Assembly: GCF_009914755.1 (NCBI RefSeq)
Contig: NC_060934.1
Origin: the human T2T-CHM13v2.0 reference genome, Homo sapiens
DNA: 64,000 nucleotides
Strand: one strand, 5' to 3'
The translations under genes and the position numbers were made by a program. The notes under the pieces are model-generated. The model had not been told where the DNA came from and searched no databases. It saw only the letters and a list, made by a program, of their open reading frames with translations. Of the stretch, positions 35,346 through 54,359 are shown one piece after another; the stretch's first letter is position 1, and each line of letters opens with the position of its first letter.

Positions 35346-36232
35346 ATCTATGAAAACCTGAAACCAATTTTAAAAATAAGGTTATAATCTTATCAAAAGC
35401 GTTATAATGTATAATATTAGTAGAAACTGAAAATTTGCAAATTTGTACATTTTTGGAAGTTCAAATTAATGGAATTATATTCCAGCTTAACAGAAATTTT
35501 ATTTACTATTATACCATGTTTAGTTTTTACCAACGGATACCTTCACCTCAAATAAAGGGAGATGAGCAAGAAAACATTTTGATTAACAACTCATCCCAGT
35601 GATTTTTTCTTACGGAGAAAATCAATTTCAATGTGAAGACACAGACAACATATTTTATTTCTGCAGCTGACAATAACAGGAGATAGTAGTGGTAATGAGT
35701 CACAAACTTTGAAAAAGTGAGGGACGGCAAAAGTAAATTATCATGAAAGCAACTGTAACTTAAAAAGAGGACTTTGCCAAAAATAGGTCAGAAAGTAGGA
35801 TGTTCCATACTATGGAACACTTTAAACATATGTGGATACCCAAAACATCTTGGCTTTTAATTATTTAACATATAAACTTTGACTATCAATCCCTTATAGC
35901 TTTACATACAAAGCTTTCAAATAGTATTAGGTGTTCTGAATAAAAACATTTGGTGAAATGATAGTTTCTTTTCCTTACACACTAAAATTCCCTACTTAAG
36001 TTAGTCTCTATCAATACAAGCTTTCAGAGTAACAAGCTAGAAGCTAGAAGCATACCCGTAACTATTAAGCCCTAAGAGAAAGGGAAGGTGATTCTTTAGT
36101 CTTCGAAGGCTATGAAACAAACTACAATTTAAAATCTTAAAATGCAAGTCTTTTTTATACTAACATTGTGTTAATGGACTCAACAGAGAAGCTAGGTGAT
36201 AGGTATTTTATAGAATGGAAGAATGATCTTAC

Positions 36233-36370
36233 CTGGAAGATTACCCTTTGAGATGGTATCTGTATCCAAATTGTAGGTATCCTGGAGACGTAACAGAGCT
36301 TTGGCTGCCCCAACCTGATCTTCATCATTAGGAAAGTACTGTCTCTGAATGGTTAGGTTAGAGATAAAGC
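36233..36370 (-). CDS. P4HA1: P4HA1 exon 5: FISNLTIQRQYFPNDEDQVGAAKALLRLQDTYNLDTDTISKGNLP(G)
   Basis: 138 nt; tttcaag|GC and CCAG|gtaaga; contains an NLT sequon. Confidence 0.97.
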
Positions 36371-37179
36371 CTTGAAATAGATAAATCAAAGAAAAAAAAA
36401 CTGTAGAACCTCATAAACTTCCCATAAAGAGACTTAATAAGGATTGTTCAAAATCTATTTTATTATTTTCTACCACACCATGAAAAGTTCTACATACTCA
36501 ACAAGAAAAAATTAAATACACTGAATAAGACTTGGCATACTTCTAACTTGTTCAATCTTCCAAAAGCCTAGTGTTGCTTAAGGACTGTGACGCTGTTATA
36601 TAAATTGTATCTGTATTAGCAGGTAAAGATCACCTAACATAATAGTTATGAGTTTTTAGTTATATAACACAGCAAGAAAACAAAGTGCATCCACTAAGTT
36701 TGAGAAATGAACACATTTATGGGTCTGAAATGACATTCATTGACAATCAATTATACTTCCAGATAACAGATGGTAAGTAAAATATGTGCTCTTAAAGTTG
36801 TTTTTTTCTTCCATGTATTACACATTATATAAATATGTAAATATATAAAGTTTGGTGGAATTCTTCAAGGAGAAGGAAGAGATATTAACTATATATTTAA
36901 GATCAACAGCAAAGCTAGTTTACTAAAATATATTTAAATCAGTTTAATTATCAAACATGACGTTGATCAACCAAAATTTACAATATATAAACCTAATCTT
37001 AGAGGATTTATATAAAGTATGCAAAAATCAAACAAACCAATTACTGATAACTATATAACCCCAAGAAGAATGAATGCTAAACACTCCTTAAGAAATAAAA
37101 AATTGGTTTAAAATTTTAATATCAGTATCATTACTTGTGAATAAAAGTTAGGTATGAGACTTCCCTCTCTTCTCATTAA

Positions 37180-37827
<648 letters not shown>

Positions 37828-37911
37828 AATGAAAATGTACAAATGAACAAATAACTAGAAGAGGGCTAGAGTTTATATCAAGCATATTTTTATGCTGTTT
37901 TGTCTCTTTTT

Positions 37912-38018
37912 AGAGACAGAGTCTTGCCATGTTGCCCAGGCTGAAGTGCAGTGGCTTTTTACCAGTATAATTCCATTATTAGATCAATCATGGGAGTTTT
38001 GACCTGCTCTGTTCCCAA
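37912..38018 (-). pseudogene. 5'-truncated 7SL (SRP) RNA retrocopy
   Basis: Alu-like 3' end continues into GGGAGTTTTGACCTGCTC (plus strand), which is S-domain sequence absent from Alu. Confidence 0.8.
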
Positions 38019-38286
38019 CAATATTTTTAGTTTTACGACCAACTCTCAGTTGCAATCTCTATATGGAATTTTACAAGCAAGTTTTATAAGTTTTATAGAA
38101 GGCTATAATATCTCTTATGCTACAAACAAAATTCTAAGAAAAATTAAAATATATATACTCTCTCATAGCATTATAGAATGACTACTACAGATTAAAACAA
38201 CAAAGTGCCAAGGTTCACATTATAAAACAACTTAGTTCATTACTTGAGAATAAATATATCGATTTCCTTTAAAAAATGGTTCAGGG

Positions 38287-38595
38287 GCCAGGAACCATGG
38301 CTCACGCGTGTAATCCCTAGCGCTGTGGGAGGCTGAGGTGGAAGGATCACATGAGGCCAAGAATTTGAGATCAGCCTGGGCAACATAGCAAGACCTTGTT
38401 TCTAAGAAAGAAAAATTTTTAAATTGGCCTGGCGTGGTGGTCTATGCTTGTAGTGCTAGCTACTGAGGAGGCTGAGGTGGGAGGATTGCTTGAGCCCAGG
38501 AGTTCAAAGCTGCAGTGAGCCACCATTGTGCCACTGTACTCCAGCCTGGGCAACAGTTAGACAGTGAGACCCTGTCTCCAAAAAAAAAAAAAAAA
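38287..38595 (+). mobile_element. Alu (J-like)
   Basis: Full dimer. Confidence 0.86.
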
Positions 38596-39415
38596 GTTCC
38601 CAAGGTGTTATACAGTACAGAAAATAATCACAGGCATTTCCCTCTCACAGTAAAGAAGTATTCACAAGTACTTGCCATATTTTTCTTTTCAAGGCTTCCT
38701 GATCCCTGTGCATAATAAGTTTACTTCACTGCTTACAAACACTGGTAAGTACCCTTGGAGTATTTTATCTACACAACTAGCTCAGCTCTTTTCCGTCTCT
38801 CTCTTCTTCTTTTCTTGGCGGGGCAGGGCAGGGGCGGCGGGGGGCGAGGCATAATCCCTTTACCTCCTTAATAAAGTCCAGATTTAGTCTTCTACATCTG
38901 TTATTAAAGTATCTAAAACATTTCAATGCTCCAACTACAAATTGTATTGTATCACTTACTCATTTTTACTGTTTGCAGCCTCAGTTTGATTGTCCACATT
39001 GAGCAAACTAATTCTAAACTTCAAAATACTAGATAGAACACAGCTAATACTTCTCTTTATAGTAACACTCCCAACATTTTTTTAAATTGATTGCAGATAA
39101 AGACATAAATTTTTAAAGTTTGAAGGTAATCCTAAAATAAAAATGATTACCCTCAGAAATGAAGCTATATGCCAAATAATCTATTCACTTTTGCAGATTT
39201 CAAAACAAGTCAACAAAAAAAGAAATTACTTCTTTTTTAATCAAAGAATTCAGGATTTTGACTAAATTAACTCTATTCAAACCAAATGCACCCAGGCATA
39301 ATCCAGTTACAACACTGAACTGAACTGGTTTCCTGGGAACTGAATTTATCATTAATTTTATTATTTCTACATATGGTGGCAATATTACCTTACTCAGGAA
39401 TCTCTTCAGACTTAC

Positions 39416-39567
39416 CATCTGACATATCCTTAAGGACCAGATTCTCCAACTCACTCCACTCAGTATTCAGACGTTTCATTAATTTGAATGCATTTACTGG
39501 ATGCCCAACAAATCCTTCTGGATCTTTTGTCGCTGTACTAGTTAGCCGATCTAACTTCTCTGCCCAT
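39416..39567 (-). CDS. P4HA1: P4HA1 exon 4: WAEKLDRLTSTATKDPEGFVGHPVNAFKLMKRLNTEWSELENLVLKDMSD(G)
   Basis: 152 nt; ctgtag|ATGG and GATG|gtaagt; lies within ORF 39390..39620. Confidence 0.97.
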
Positions 39568-40270
39568 CTACAGATGTAAAACATAAAAACTGAATATTTA
39601 TATTTCATAGGGAAAAACACAATTTAATGAAACGCTCAGAAAAAAAATGACTAGAAGTTTTTGAGTTCAACTATATCTGTAGTTTCTTTTTAAAGTAAAA
39701 GTATACGGTCTCGGTCTCTTTAAAAAGCGACATCCTCTTGGCAGAATCAATACAACTATAGGACTTTTTGTTTTAATTTTGTTTCTCCCAAATGGTTACA
39801 GTAAATGGAACCTCCCTGTCTTAGTAAAAGTTGTGAATGAATCCCTCCAGTAAAAGTCTAAAAATTTTAGACTTAGGTCCCAGGGCCAAATAACTGATTA
39901 TTACAAACTACAAATTAGCCCAACCCAAATTCAATTACATGTTCATTTAAATCAACTTATACTAAATTTTTACATCCAGTTTCTAGAAACTGTATCTTAA
40001 AATGAAAAACTGAACACTTAGCTACTCATTAAATAAAAGACAGGAATTCTCAGGTCAGGATTAACTATGAACATGAGTCAATTAAAAATAAATTCATATT
40101 TGAGAAAAACTGTATCAATTAAATAACACTAACGCTACCATCACTATAATCTCTACAATGGAACCATGGGAGTAAAGGATAAGTAGAATTGGAAAATTGC
40201 TGCAGCAGGTGGCTTGACTAAGAGGTTAGAAGAGGATAGAAGATATTAGCAATACTTTTAAAATTTATCA

Positions 40271-40573
<303 letters not shown>

Positions 40574-40607
40574 TGTATCAGTCAGCTTCCTGTATCCATC
40601 CATATTC

Positions 40608-40992
<385 letters not shown>

Positions 40993-41117
40993 TAGCCATT
41001 GCAACTGGCTTTGTAAGACTCAAAAATGGGTTTCATTTCTACTTAAAGAATATTTTAGCTTGAGAAAGAAAACATCCAGGTTGAGTCAGAGTCATAATAA
41101 GCAAACATTTTGCTTAC

Positions 41118-41214
41118 TTTTTTATTTGTTCTAACTTGTCCTCTTCTGCCTTAATATAATCTTTCAGAGAAGTCACCAGATCTTTCTCAGTATGGATCAA
41201 ATCAGTCATCTGAC
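41118..41214 (-). CDS. P4HA1: P4HA1 exon 3: (G)QMTDLIHTEKDLVTSLKDYIKAEEDKLEQIK(K)
   Basis: 97 nt; acceptor ttctag|GTCAG, donor AAAAA|gtaagc; phases match neighbours. Confidence 0.97.
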
Positions 41215-42194
41215 CTAGAAGGGGAAGAAGGTTATCAAATACTCATATCCTTCAACACAAGTATGTTAAGAATAAGAATGATTGAGACTGTTTCATTCTA
41301 TGAGACAATTTAACTGGCATGAATCAGATATGCTGGAGACTATCTTTTCTTCCTTTTTACCAGATAAACCAAAATAAAGCCAAAAACTTTTCTAATCAAC
41401 TGTTCCAGTTCTAATTTTTAAGCCACTTGATTTTGCAAGCTTTAGACTGTGCTAGCAAATTGTCTTTATATCTACAAATGTATTTTTAAATTGCAAATCA
41501 ACACTACTTTCCAAAGATTAATGTTTCTTCACCTTTACCTTTACTTCTTTAGTTCCCCTTTACCTTACCTTTGTTTTTGAGACTAATTAGAATTAAATTT
41601 TTATTTAATTAATAAAAGCCACACTAAAAAAGTTTCAAATAATCTGTTATTTATAACAGGATGCGAGAACCCATCATTTTATATACTGGAATCAAGAGTC
41701 ATAAGTATATAATACTTATGGGCCAGGCGTGGCAGCTCATGCCTGTCGTAATCCCAGCACTTTGGAGGCCCAGCCAGGAGAATCCCTTGAGGCCAGGAGT
41801 TGAAGACCAGCCTGGTCAACATGGTGAGACCCTGTCTCTATTCAAAATAATAATGATAAAATATTTTTTAAGTTATAAATACAAAAAAAAACTTGTGTTC
41901 ACAGTAGATTAAGTGGAAAAAGCAGATTAGATATATATGCAGTATATTACTTGTATATCTGTGCACTGAAAAAGACTAAGTATATGCATTAAATTATTTT
42001 AACTTCAATATGTATCATTTTTGTAATAAAAAATAAAGAAAATGTCAAATTATTAAAAAAGGACCTTTTAGGGGGCAGGGAATAAACCTATACTCTAGGA
42101 ATACACTGTATTTGTTTTTGCTGATTTTAAAACACTAAAAAATGGAAATTAAAAAATGCAAAACCAACAAAAAACAACAAGTAGTAAGACTTAC

Positions 42195-42270
42195 CAATTG
42201 AAGTAAAAAAGCCTGGATGAGCCAAAGACTGGGGAAGCAGAATTCCTATAATTAATATATACCAGATCAT
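42195..42270 (-). CDS. P4HA1: P4HA1 exon 2 coding part: signal peptide and N-terminus, MIWYILIIGILLPQSLAHPGFFTSI(G)
   Basis: ATG at 42270, 76 nt, donor ATTG|gtaagt. Missed by the ORF track. Confidence 0.97.
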
Positions 42271-42302
42271 CTTGGAAGATTTAATTTTACAGGATCACAC
42301 AC
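42271..42302 (-). other. P4HA1: 5' UTR part of exon 2 (32 nt)
   Basis: Acceptor tctctctttcttttgtag|GTGTGTGATC lies 32 nt upstream of the ATG (context ttccaagATGA). Confidence 0.9.
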
Positions 42303-42494
42303 CTACAAAAGAAAGAGAGAAATGCAGCCATTACTTAAAAAATACAAAGAGAAGGAAAAGTTCCTTATCTATTATTTCTATGAAAAAGTAAAAGATTCCA
42401 AGGTTGCCCATAAAATTGATGTTAGTTATTATCAATTGTTTAATAATAGCTACTATCTTGTTTTTCATATAATGAGAGTACTACCATGACATTT

Positions 42495-42790
<296 letters not shown>

Positions 42791-43116
42791 CATATTAGAT
42801 AAAAATGTATGTTTGTTATCACCTGATAATTTATGCTTAAAAATTCAAGCTGAGTTTGTTCTCCTTAGTCACTATTACAATTAGAGTAATTGAATAGTAG
42901 GTGGCTTTTTCATATAGCCTGAAAAATAAGTTTTCTCTGTGATTTAGACCTATCCTATGACTTTCTCATAAAAATGTACCAACTTATCAATTTAAATATT
43001 AAATATTACCAATACATTTTCAAAATGTTAGAATACATTTTAAAGGAAAAATATTTCAGAGCTTTCTGTTAATCCTTAAAATTCCTAATTTGTTCCATCT
43101 TTTTCATATATATTTT

Positions 43117-43148
43117 ATATATATATATAGTGTGTGTGTGTGTGTGTA
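43117..43148. repeat. (TA)n(TG)n microsatellite
   Basis: Read directly from the sequence. Confidence 0.85.
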
Positions 43149-45085
43149 TGTGTGTATGTGTGTGTGTGACAGTCTCAAAACTCCTGACCTCAGGTGATCC
43201 GCCCACCTCATCCTCCCAAAGTTCTAGGGTTACAGGCGTGAGCCACGGCACCCGGCCCATCTTTTTCCTATATAGCTTAACTTTTTAAAATAAATTCAAT
43301 CAAAAGTTGTAGATTTGGGGTCAATAAAATGTTCTAAAATTGACTGGCCAGGCACAGTGGCAGGTGCCTGGAGTCCCAGCTACTTGGGAGGCTGAGGCAG
43401 GAGGATCACTTGAACCCAGGAGTTCAAAGCCAGCTTGGGCAATACAGCAAGACCCCATCTCTAAAAAACATGAATAAATAAAATAAAATTGACTGTGGTG
43501 ACTGATGGTGGAATGACTCTGTGAAAGTACTAAAAACCATTGAATCATGAATACTAAATGGGTGAATTATAAGGTATATGAATTATATTGCAATGACACT
43601 GTTCTCTTGGTTTGACTTAGTTTGTTTTTTTAAGAGACAGGGGTCTTGTTATGTTGTCCAAGTTGAACTCAAACTCCTGGGCTCAAATCATCCTCCCACC
43701 TCAGCCTCCTGAGTAGCTGGAAATACAGGTCTGTACCACTGTGCCTGTTTTTTTTTTTTTTTTAAGTTGTAGAGAATCCAAAACGAATAAACAGCCATGT
43801 CCATTTAAACTAGTATTTTCTCTCAAAGGACCCAGACTTCAGTTTTGTTTCTCTTATCAACTGTGTTCTATGTAAAAAAAAACTTAGCCTAAGACATGTC
43901 TATGGCCTCTTTTCTTTTTTTAAACCTGGCAGCAAAGCCCATTAGTGTTTTTCCTCTATATCCATGATAGCACCGTCTTTTCTAGTGAGGATTCTTCATG
44001 GCAGATGAGGATATAAACTAACCAACAGAAAGGCTTTACCTCACTTTCCCAGATGCCCTGCTAGCACTCTTCTCTTGCTCCTTCTCCCCTACAAACATGA
44101 ACTTTGTCTTTCTTATTACCTTACAGGAGAATAAGTTACATTACAGTATAGTTTGCCCCAGTAACAGGCTCCCATTAGTTACCCTGACTTGTCAACCTGT
44201 TTCTCTTTGTGCAGGCCCCTCTGACTCGTCTTCCTATGTGACGTGAGCTAAACCAAAAGGCTCAGGTTCAAATTGAAAGCTCCCCGTTCTACAAGAGCTA
44301 AAAAATAACCCCACTGCCCCCTAACTTGAATCTCAATAAAAACAGATCACCACAAAAACTGGAAGTACTCCCTAGTCTCCTCCCTCGAGTTTGCTGCAAA
44401 CTTCCAGTTACTTCCAGAACCACACAGTAAGGAAATACACTGCTCTTTTGGCTACCTTACAGTGATTTGGGGAAGGCTTCTAGAATGTAGCAGATGTAGA
44501 CACTTCCTCTCCTGGGCTCCTGCCAAAGCACAAGGCTTTTTGAAAAGCCTGAGCTGTCTGAAGAAGAGTCTAGAATTTTCTGTTTAAACATACTTCTATT
44601 CTAATTTTCTTCATGGATAAATGCTATTTGCAGAAAATACAAATGTTTTCACTGTTAACAGAAGGCTAATCACAAATGTTGTCTAAACTTTTAACTCTGA
44701 TAAGAGAGTTTAGATTTGTCAGAAAAGAGGTTATTTTGCCATTGCTAAAATATATTGTCACTAAAGTTTTTTTGTCATCTTTCATTGTCCTTAAATCTCA
44801 CAAGGAATTAAAAACCATTAGCCTACAGAAATAACTAAAAAGCAGCTTAAGATGGTATTTTTCTTCGAATAGCTTGAAAATATTTTAAGAATGACAGAGC
44901 CTACATAAAAATTCAAAACAATCGTAAAAAGAATAAATATCTTTACCTTACATAATGTTTCAAAATGAATTCTAGGATGGATTAAATAGTTATAATCAAC
45001 AAAACAAAGTAAAACAAATAGCAACAACAGAATAGTTATCAGATCTCTAAAAGCAGAGAATTTCTAAACTTAAAAATAAGAAAAT

Positions 45086-45390
45086 GCCTGGGCACAGTGG
45101 TTCACACCTGTAATCCCAGTACTTTGGGAGGCCAAGGAAAGAGGATCACTTGAGCTCAGGAGTTTGAGACCAGGCCGGGCAACATAGCAAGACTTCATCT
45201 CTACAAAAAAAAAAAAAATCAAAAAATTAGCTGGGTACGGTGGCATACACCTGTGGTCCCAGCTACTTGGGAGGCTAACGTAGGAGGATCACTTGAGACC
45301 AGGAAGTTGAGGCTACAGTGAGCCATGATCTTGTCACTGCTCTCCAGTCTGGGCAATAAAGTGAGACCCCATCTCAAAAAAAAAAAAAAG
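45086..45390 (+). mobile_element. Alu (J-like)
   Basis: Full dimer. Confidence 0.86.
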
Positions 45391-45958
45391 AGAGAAAGAA
45401 AACAACCTATCAAAAGCCAGATGGAATCTGAATACACAAAATAAGCTTATGTGTCAAAAAAAAAAAAAAAAAAACCTTTAAAACTCAAACTAGAAAACCA
45501 TTTAAAGAAAATAGAGCACTTTTAAGGAGTTCATACAAATCAATAAGAAAACCACTAAGATGTTAATAGACAAGTAGATATAGAACTTGGAACTCACAAA
45601 AAGGAAAAGTAGTTAGCTCAACAAAAAATGCTCAAACTTATTAGTAATTAATGACACAAAATAAGAAACCATTTTTGCCCATCAAGTGAACAATTAACAA
45701 GCAAAATTATTTAATGTTGTTATATGCCAAGAAACTTAAAATGAACACATCCTTTAACTTGTAGAGTTAAATGAAAAAACAAGATTTAAAAATTATCATA
45801 CAACCTTGGTGGAATCTATATTGACTAAGATTATGTTTTCATTACCCCAACACAAAGTTATAAATAAATTAACACTGGTCAAAACGAAGAAAAATTAACA
45901 TCATAATACAGTCATAACTATGCAAGAACATATGCAGAGGAAATTCACCAAAGTGTAA

Positions 45959-46298
<340 letters not shown>

Positions 46299-46562
46299 GG
46301 TAATTTTCTTTTATATCTCTGTATTTTCCAGACCTCCTATAATATATTTTTATAGTGACAAAAAAATTAACTTCGTACAAAATAATAAACCTAAAGCATT
46401 AACTCTCATATTAAGATACCCTAAACTTTTAAAGAAGTAGTTAATTACTCTCTAACAAAAGAGTAGCTAACAAATAATATAAGGTTTTGAGCATGTTCCA
46501 TCTTGTAGTTCTATAAGCCTCTACATTTCACTTTCTCTTTTTCAAAGATACTTAAGCCTAAA

Positions 46563-47189
<627 letters not shown>

Positions 47190-47682
47190 CTATTATCTAG
47201 CAGTGAACTAGGCTGCCAAAGTAGCACACTTTCCCATTCTATTTCCTCCTACACTTAGATATAAGACCCAGACTAGGTCAATCATTGACTTTCATTCTCA
47301 TTAACATAACGGTTGAGGGATGGCCTTGTGAATGGTAGAAAGCAGCTCTTTCTGGAGTTGCTAAGCTCAGAGGATGTGAACTTGGGGCTCTCCTGTGACC
47401 ATCTTTCTCACTTGTCTAGGATCTATAAACAGGACAAAGTCATACAGAGACAAACAGTTTCAACCCCCAGGGCCCTGATTCTTTGCAACTATTGCTTTGA
47501 ATCTGTAAGCTACTACAATAATCTCCCAGCCCACCTAAGAAAGCCTTTAAATTCCTTTTTGCTTAAGCTAATTCAAGTTGGATTTCTGTCACTTACAATA
47601 GGAAGTTCAGACCCATACAACATTATTCCAAACTAACATGCCTACCCAAGCTAGATAATAAAAATGAAGATAGACCTATATG

Positions 47683-47808
47683 GCAGTGCTTCTCAAACTT
47701 TAGCTCTATCAGAATCACCTAAAGGTCTGAAAAGTCGAGATAATTTGCACAAGTTTCCAGGCAATGCTGATAGTGCTGGCTGGGGGATCACAGTCTGAGA
47801 ACCACTGG
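47683..47808 (+). mobile_element. MER5A-like MITE
   Basis: Terminal inverted repeats cagtgcttctcaaact...tctgagaaccactg. Confidence 0.72.
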
Positions 47809-48027
47809 ATACAGCAAACAACCCTATGAAATCACCTCTGCATTTAAAATAGATTTTACTTCAATTTATCTTATGTAAAAGTACAACTGAATGTCTAATT
47901 ACTCTAGAGAATGGTTCTCTAATCTGTTTTAGCACTATGTCTCATTCATCCACATTCATTCAGAAACTTTAAGTGACATGTTAATAGCCAAACGTATCAA
48001 TCACAGGTTTTTTTAACAATGGTTTCT

Positions 48028-48570
<543 letters not shown>

Positions 48571-49045
48571 AGCATCCCTGAAAAGACTTGTCTTAATTTT
48601 TAAAAAGACAAAGAGGAGGGAGGGAGGAGGAATAGGAGGAAGAAAGAAAAGAAAACCCAAGAAGAGTCAAAGATCCAAAGATAAACTTACACTGGAATAA
48701 AACTTGGTGTTGCAACAGTATGAATAAGTTATTGATAATATTTAGGTTATTGGTTAGATAGGTTCAAAAGTGTTTATTATATAATTTTTGTAACATACAT
48801 GTATATTACTTATAATGTTTGGTAGCATATTACATTTTTTAAACTATAAGAAAAAAAGCAGTATGGAAGAAATCCTACCAGAAAACATTTTCAGGTAGGC
48901 CTGGATAAAAATAAATGTGAAGTTTACATTCATCCAAACACAAAACTTTCCTACAGTTCTTATTCCAGGGAAGTCCAGTCCCACAGACTCAACAGGTCAA
49001 TCAAACCTGGGAACAGATCTTAAAAGTTCTACCATATAGTAAATA

Positions 49046-49666
<621 letters not shown>

Positions 49667-49875
49667 TATTTACATTGAGTTATGAGGAGTCATTGAATTT
49701 TAAGTACAAGTTATCCAGTGAATTACTAGGACAGGGCATCTGGTAAATAATTCTATTAGCGTTTTGGTCAAATATTTTTCTTCCAAGAAAAAGTTGTAAA
49801 ATTTTCAAAAGTTTATATCTCCCAGACAAATCATTCAAAAATTAATAAGGCAGACTAAAGAGTGCTTGATATTCT

Positions 49876-49982
49876 CTTTTTTTAAGCTAGTCAAGTAAAG
49901 CAATGGGAGTGCAGAAAAAACAAAGAAACCTGTAACTCATTGTGATCAATTAGTTGTAAACACCATTGCACTTGGTCCAGCC
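49876..49982 (-). pseudogene. Y RNA (Y3-type) retropseudogene
   Basis: Minus strand reads GGCTGGACCAAGTGCAATGGTGTTTACAACTAATTGATCACAA...CTTGACTAGCTT plus an A tail. 18-nt TSDs at 49858-49875 and 49983-50000 (1 mismatch). Confidence 0.92.
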
Positions 49983-50235
49983 AAGAATGCTTGATATTCT
50001 AAACTAAACTTTCTCTGACACTTAAAATTTTCCACAGGGGTTCTTTTAACCTTCGACACTTGTTCCAAACCTTCTTTTAGAAGGCTCCAACTTTATTTTT
50101 CCTCATACAGATCCCTTATTCAACTGTTGGTCCTCCTGAAATCTGTTTCAGACTTTTAATGTTTCTGACAGTTTTCATGGTCAACACAAAAGAACACCAC
50201 AAATTCAGGCTCCTAAATCAGGCCATTATAATGTG

Positions 50236-50461
50236 CTTATGGTGTCTCACTTCTATTTATTCTACCTTCATTCAGAAAGCAGCTTGCAAAGAGAATCATT
50301 ATAGAACATTTAAGAGTCAAGTATCCCAAAAGACATTATGACTTTATCAAAAATTATAAAATATAAATGCCTCCTGTTCTAAATATTCAAACAAGCTTGA
50401 AAAAGAAATTAATGGGTCAAAATGGATGCAATCTCCTTTAAAAGAAAGACTAATCTCAGAT
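50236..50461 (+). repeat. 226-bp perfect direct repeat, copy 2
   Basis: Offset 1891 nt from copy 1. Confidence 0.95.
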
Positions 50462-51702
50462 TATGTCAAAACTTGGCATGTCTTTTCCATCTTAACAGGA
50501 TGTATCTTCCAAGACAAGTAAGAGTAATTACTAATAGAATTAGTTATATTTCTGTTCTTCCCTATAATCCCTCTGCAAATTGCCATTGTTTTTACTTAAC
50601 TCCATGAATTCCAGTCATACTTCTGTTCTTAAAAGAAGAGTGAGCTACATGTCTAGTACTTACAATCTGATGGACAAATACTTTAATGCTATGACCAACT
50701 TTTCTATCACAAATTCAGAAATCACGCTAGCTTCTTTCCCTCACTTTCTGTACTAGGGTAGTGAACTGTACTGAGCAGTATTGTAGCACTTATTGGCATA
50801 ATTCCAAATGAAAAGCATTTCAAGATTCATATTAGAAGTCAGCTCTAAGTTAAGATATTGCCCTTAACTGAAAGTGCTACACAGGCTGTCTTTTGGAAGT
50901 TCTTCCAAAGTCCTAAGTCTTTCCTGTCAGAAAGAACGTTAAGATGAGATCATTTCAAAAACACACACTTATGTTTTGCTTATGACACCTCCTCCACCCC
51001 TTTTCTCTTTCTTCAAGAAACTGACCCCTTTTACCTTTTTCTGGCACTCTATTCTACCTTTAATTCATCCCCATACAGCATGATGCTTATCCCTAACCAA
51101 ATGGCTATTCAAAGTTCTAGTAGTTCTGAATGCCTGAACTACATAAAGTTCAAGTGACAGAGTGGAACTTGGTCTCAAAAAAAAGAATATATTTGCCTAC
51201 ATATGTAACAGGTTTTTTAAATTTAATACAATAATTAAAAGAACTCAAAAAAATGTTAAATGAGAGGTGGAATCACAGTTGTTTTTCTCTTCCCTCAACA
51301 TCTACACTTCTTTGATAAACATTTTTAATTTAAAAAAATTCTATTTCTGTAAATAAACAAGCTAACAAAAAAACAAAGTTTAAGTAAATAGATAAATCAT
51401 AGAGTTAGCAAAATCCCAAATGATGAATTCCACAGCTCTGCTTCTAGCTGGCATAATACCACCATCAATCCCTTTTGTTCCCAAACAAATTTCACCTATT
51501 TTTGATTTAAACAAGAAGTTCTGATAAGACAGCTTTGGTTTTTTCACCACCCTAAGGATACAAGTAAAAAGTTTAAAAGTTTTGTACAATATGCACTTTA
51601 GATTTCTTAAACTTAAATATAAATTATGAAGTTAAGTAAGGCAAACAATTCCAAATTCAGAAGTTTTCATGAAACTTCATTCAAGACTAATTGTATTGTT
51701 TG

Positions 51703-52002
51703 GGGGTCTGGCTTTGTTGCCCAGTCTGGAGTGCAGTGGAGCAATCACAGCTGACTACAGCCTCGACCTCCAGGGCTCAAGTGATCCTTCCACCTCAGCT
51801 TCCTGAGTAGCTTGGACTACAGGGCTTGTGCCACCACGACCGGCCAATTTTTTAAATTTCTTTTATTTGTTGTAGAGTTGGGATCTCCTTATGTTGCCCA
51901 GGCTAGTCTCCAACTCCACCTCCAGGCTAGTCTCAAGCAGTCTTCCCGCCTGAGCCTCCCAATGTGCTGGGATTACAGATGTGAGCCACCGTGCCCAGAC
52001 CA
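51703..52002 (-). mobile_element. Alu (J-like)
   Basis: Diverged antisense dimer. Confidence 0.83.
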
Positions 52003-52237
52003 AGATTGAATTTTATATAGCAGTTATACTACTTGAAAAATGACCATTTGGGGAAAAAAACTGGCATTCTCTTTAGAAAATGACCGTTATATACAAAGAA
52101 TAACCAATCACAGGAAACAATTTTAAAAAGCTCATTTGCAACAGCAACACTTAATTACCTGGGAATAAACAAGATAACTGTAAATTTACCCTAAAATTAA
52201 CACATTAAGACCATTTTGAAGTTTAAGACAATAAACT

Positions 52238-52540
52238 GGCCAGGCTTGGTGGCTCATGCCACCAAGGTGCAATCCCAGCACTTTGGGAGGCCAAGATGGA
52301 AGGATCACTTGAGCTCAAGAGTTCGAGACCAGCCTTGGCAACATGGTGAAACCCAGTCTTTACAAAAAAATAAAAAAATTAGCCGGGCATGGTGGCATGC
52401 TCCTATAGTCCCAGCAACTCAGGAGGCTGAGGTGGAAGGATTGCTTGAACCCAGGAGGCAGAGGGTACTATAAGCCATGATTGTGCCACTGCACTCTAGC
52501 CTGGGTGACAGAGTGAGTCCATCTCATTTAAAAAAAAAAA
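52238..52540 (+). mobile_element. Alu (J-like)
   Basis: Full dimer. Confidence 0.85.
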
Positions 52541-52544
52541 TTAT

Positions 52545-54025
<1,481 letters not shown>

Positions 54026-54037
54026 AAAAAGAAAACA

Positions 54038-54358
<321 letters not shown>

Positions 54359-54359
54359 C

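Noticed and set aside
44238-44248. Isolated TGACGTG motif in intron 1
   Set aside because: A single short motif is expected by chance in 64 kb.
48691-48900. Possible cryptic 5' UTR exon (tttttatccag acceptor, gtaagt donor)
   Set aside because: Motif match only; such pairs are common in a 22-kb intron and I have no transcript evidence.
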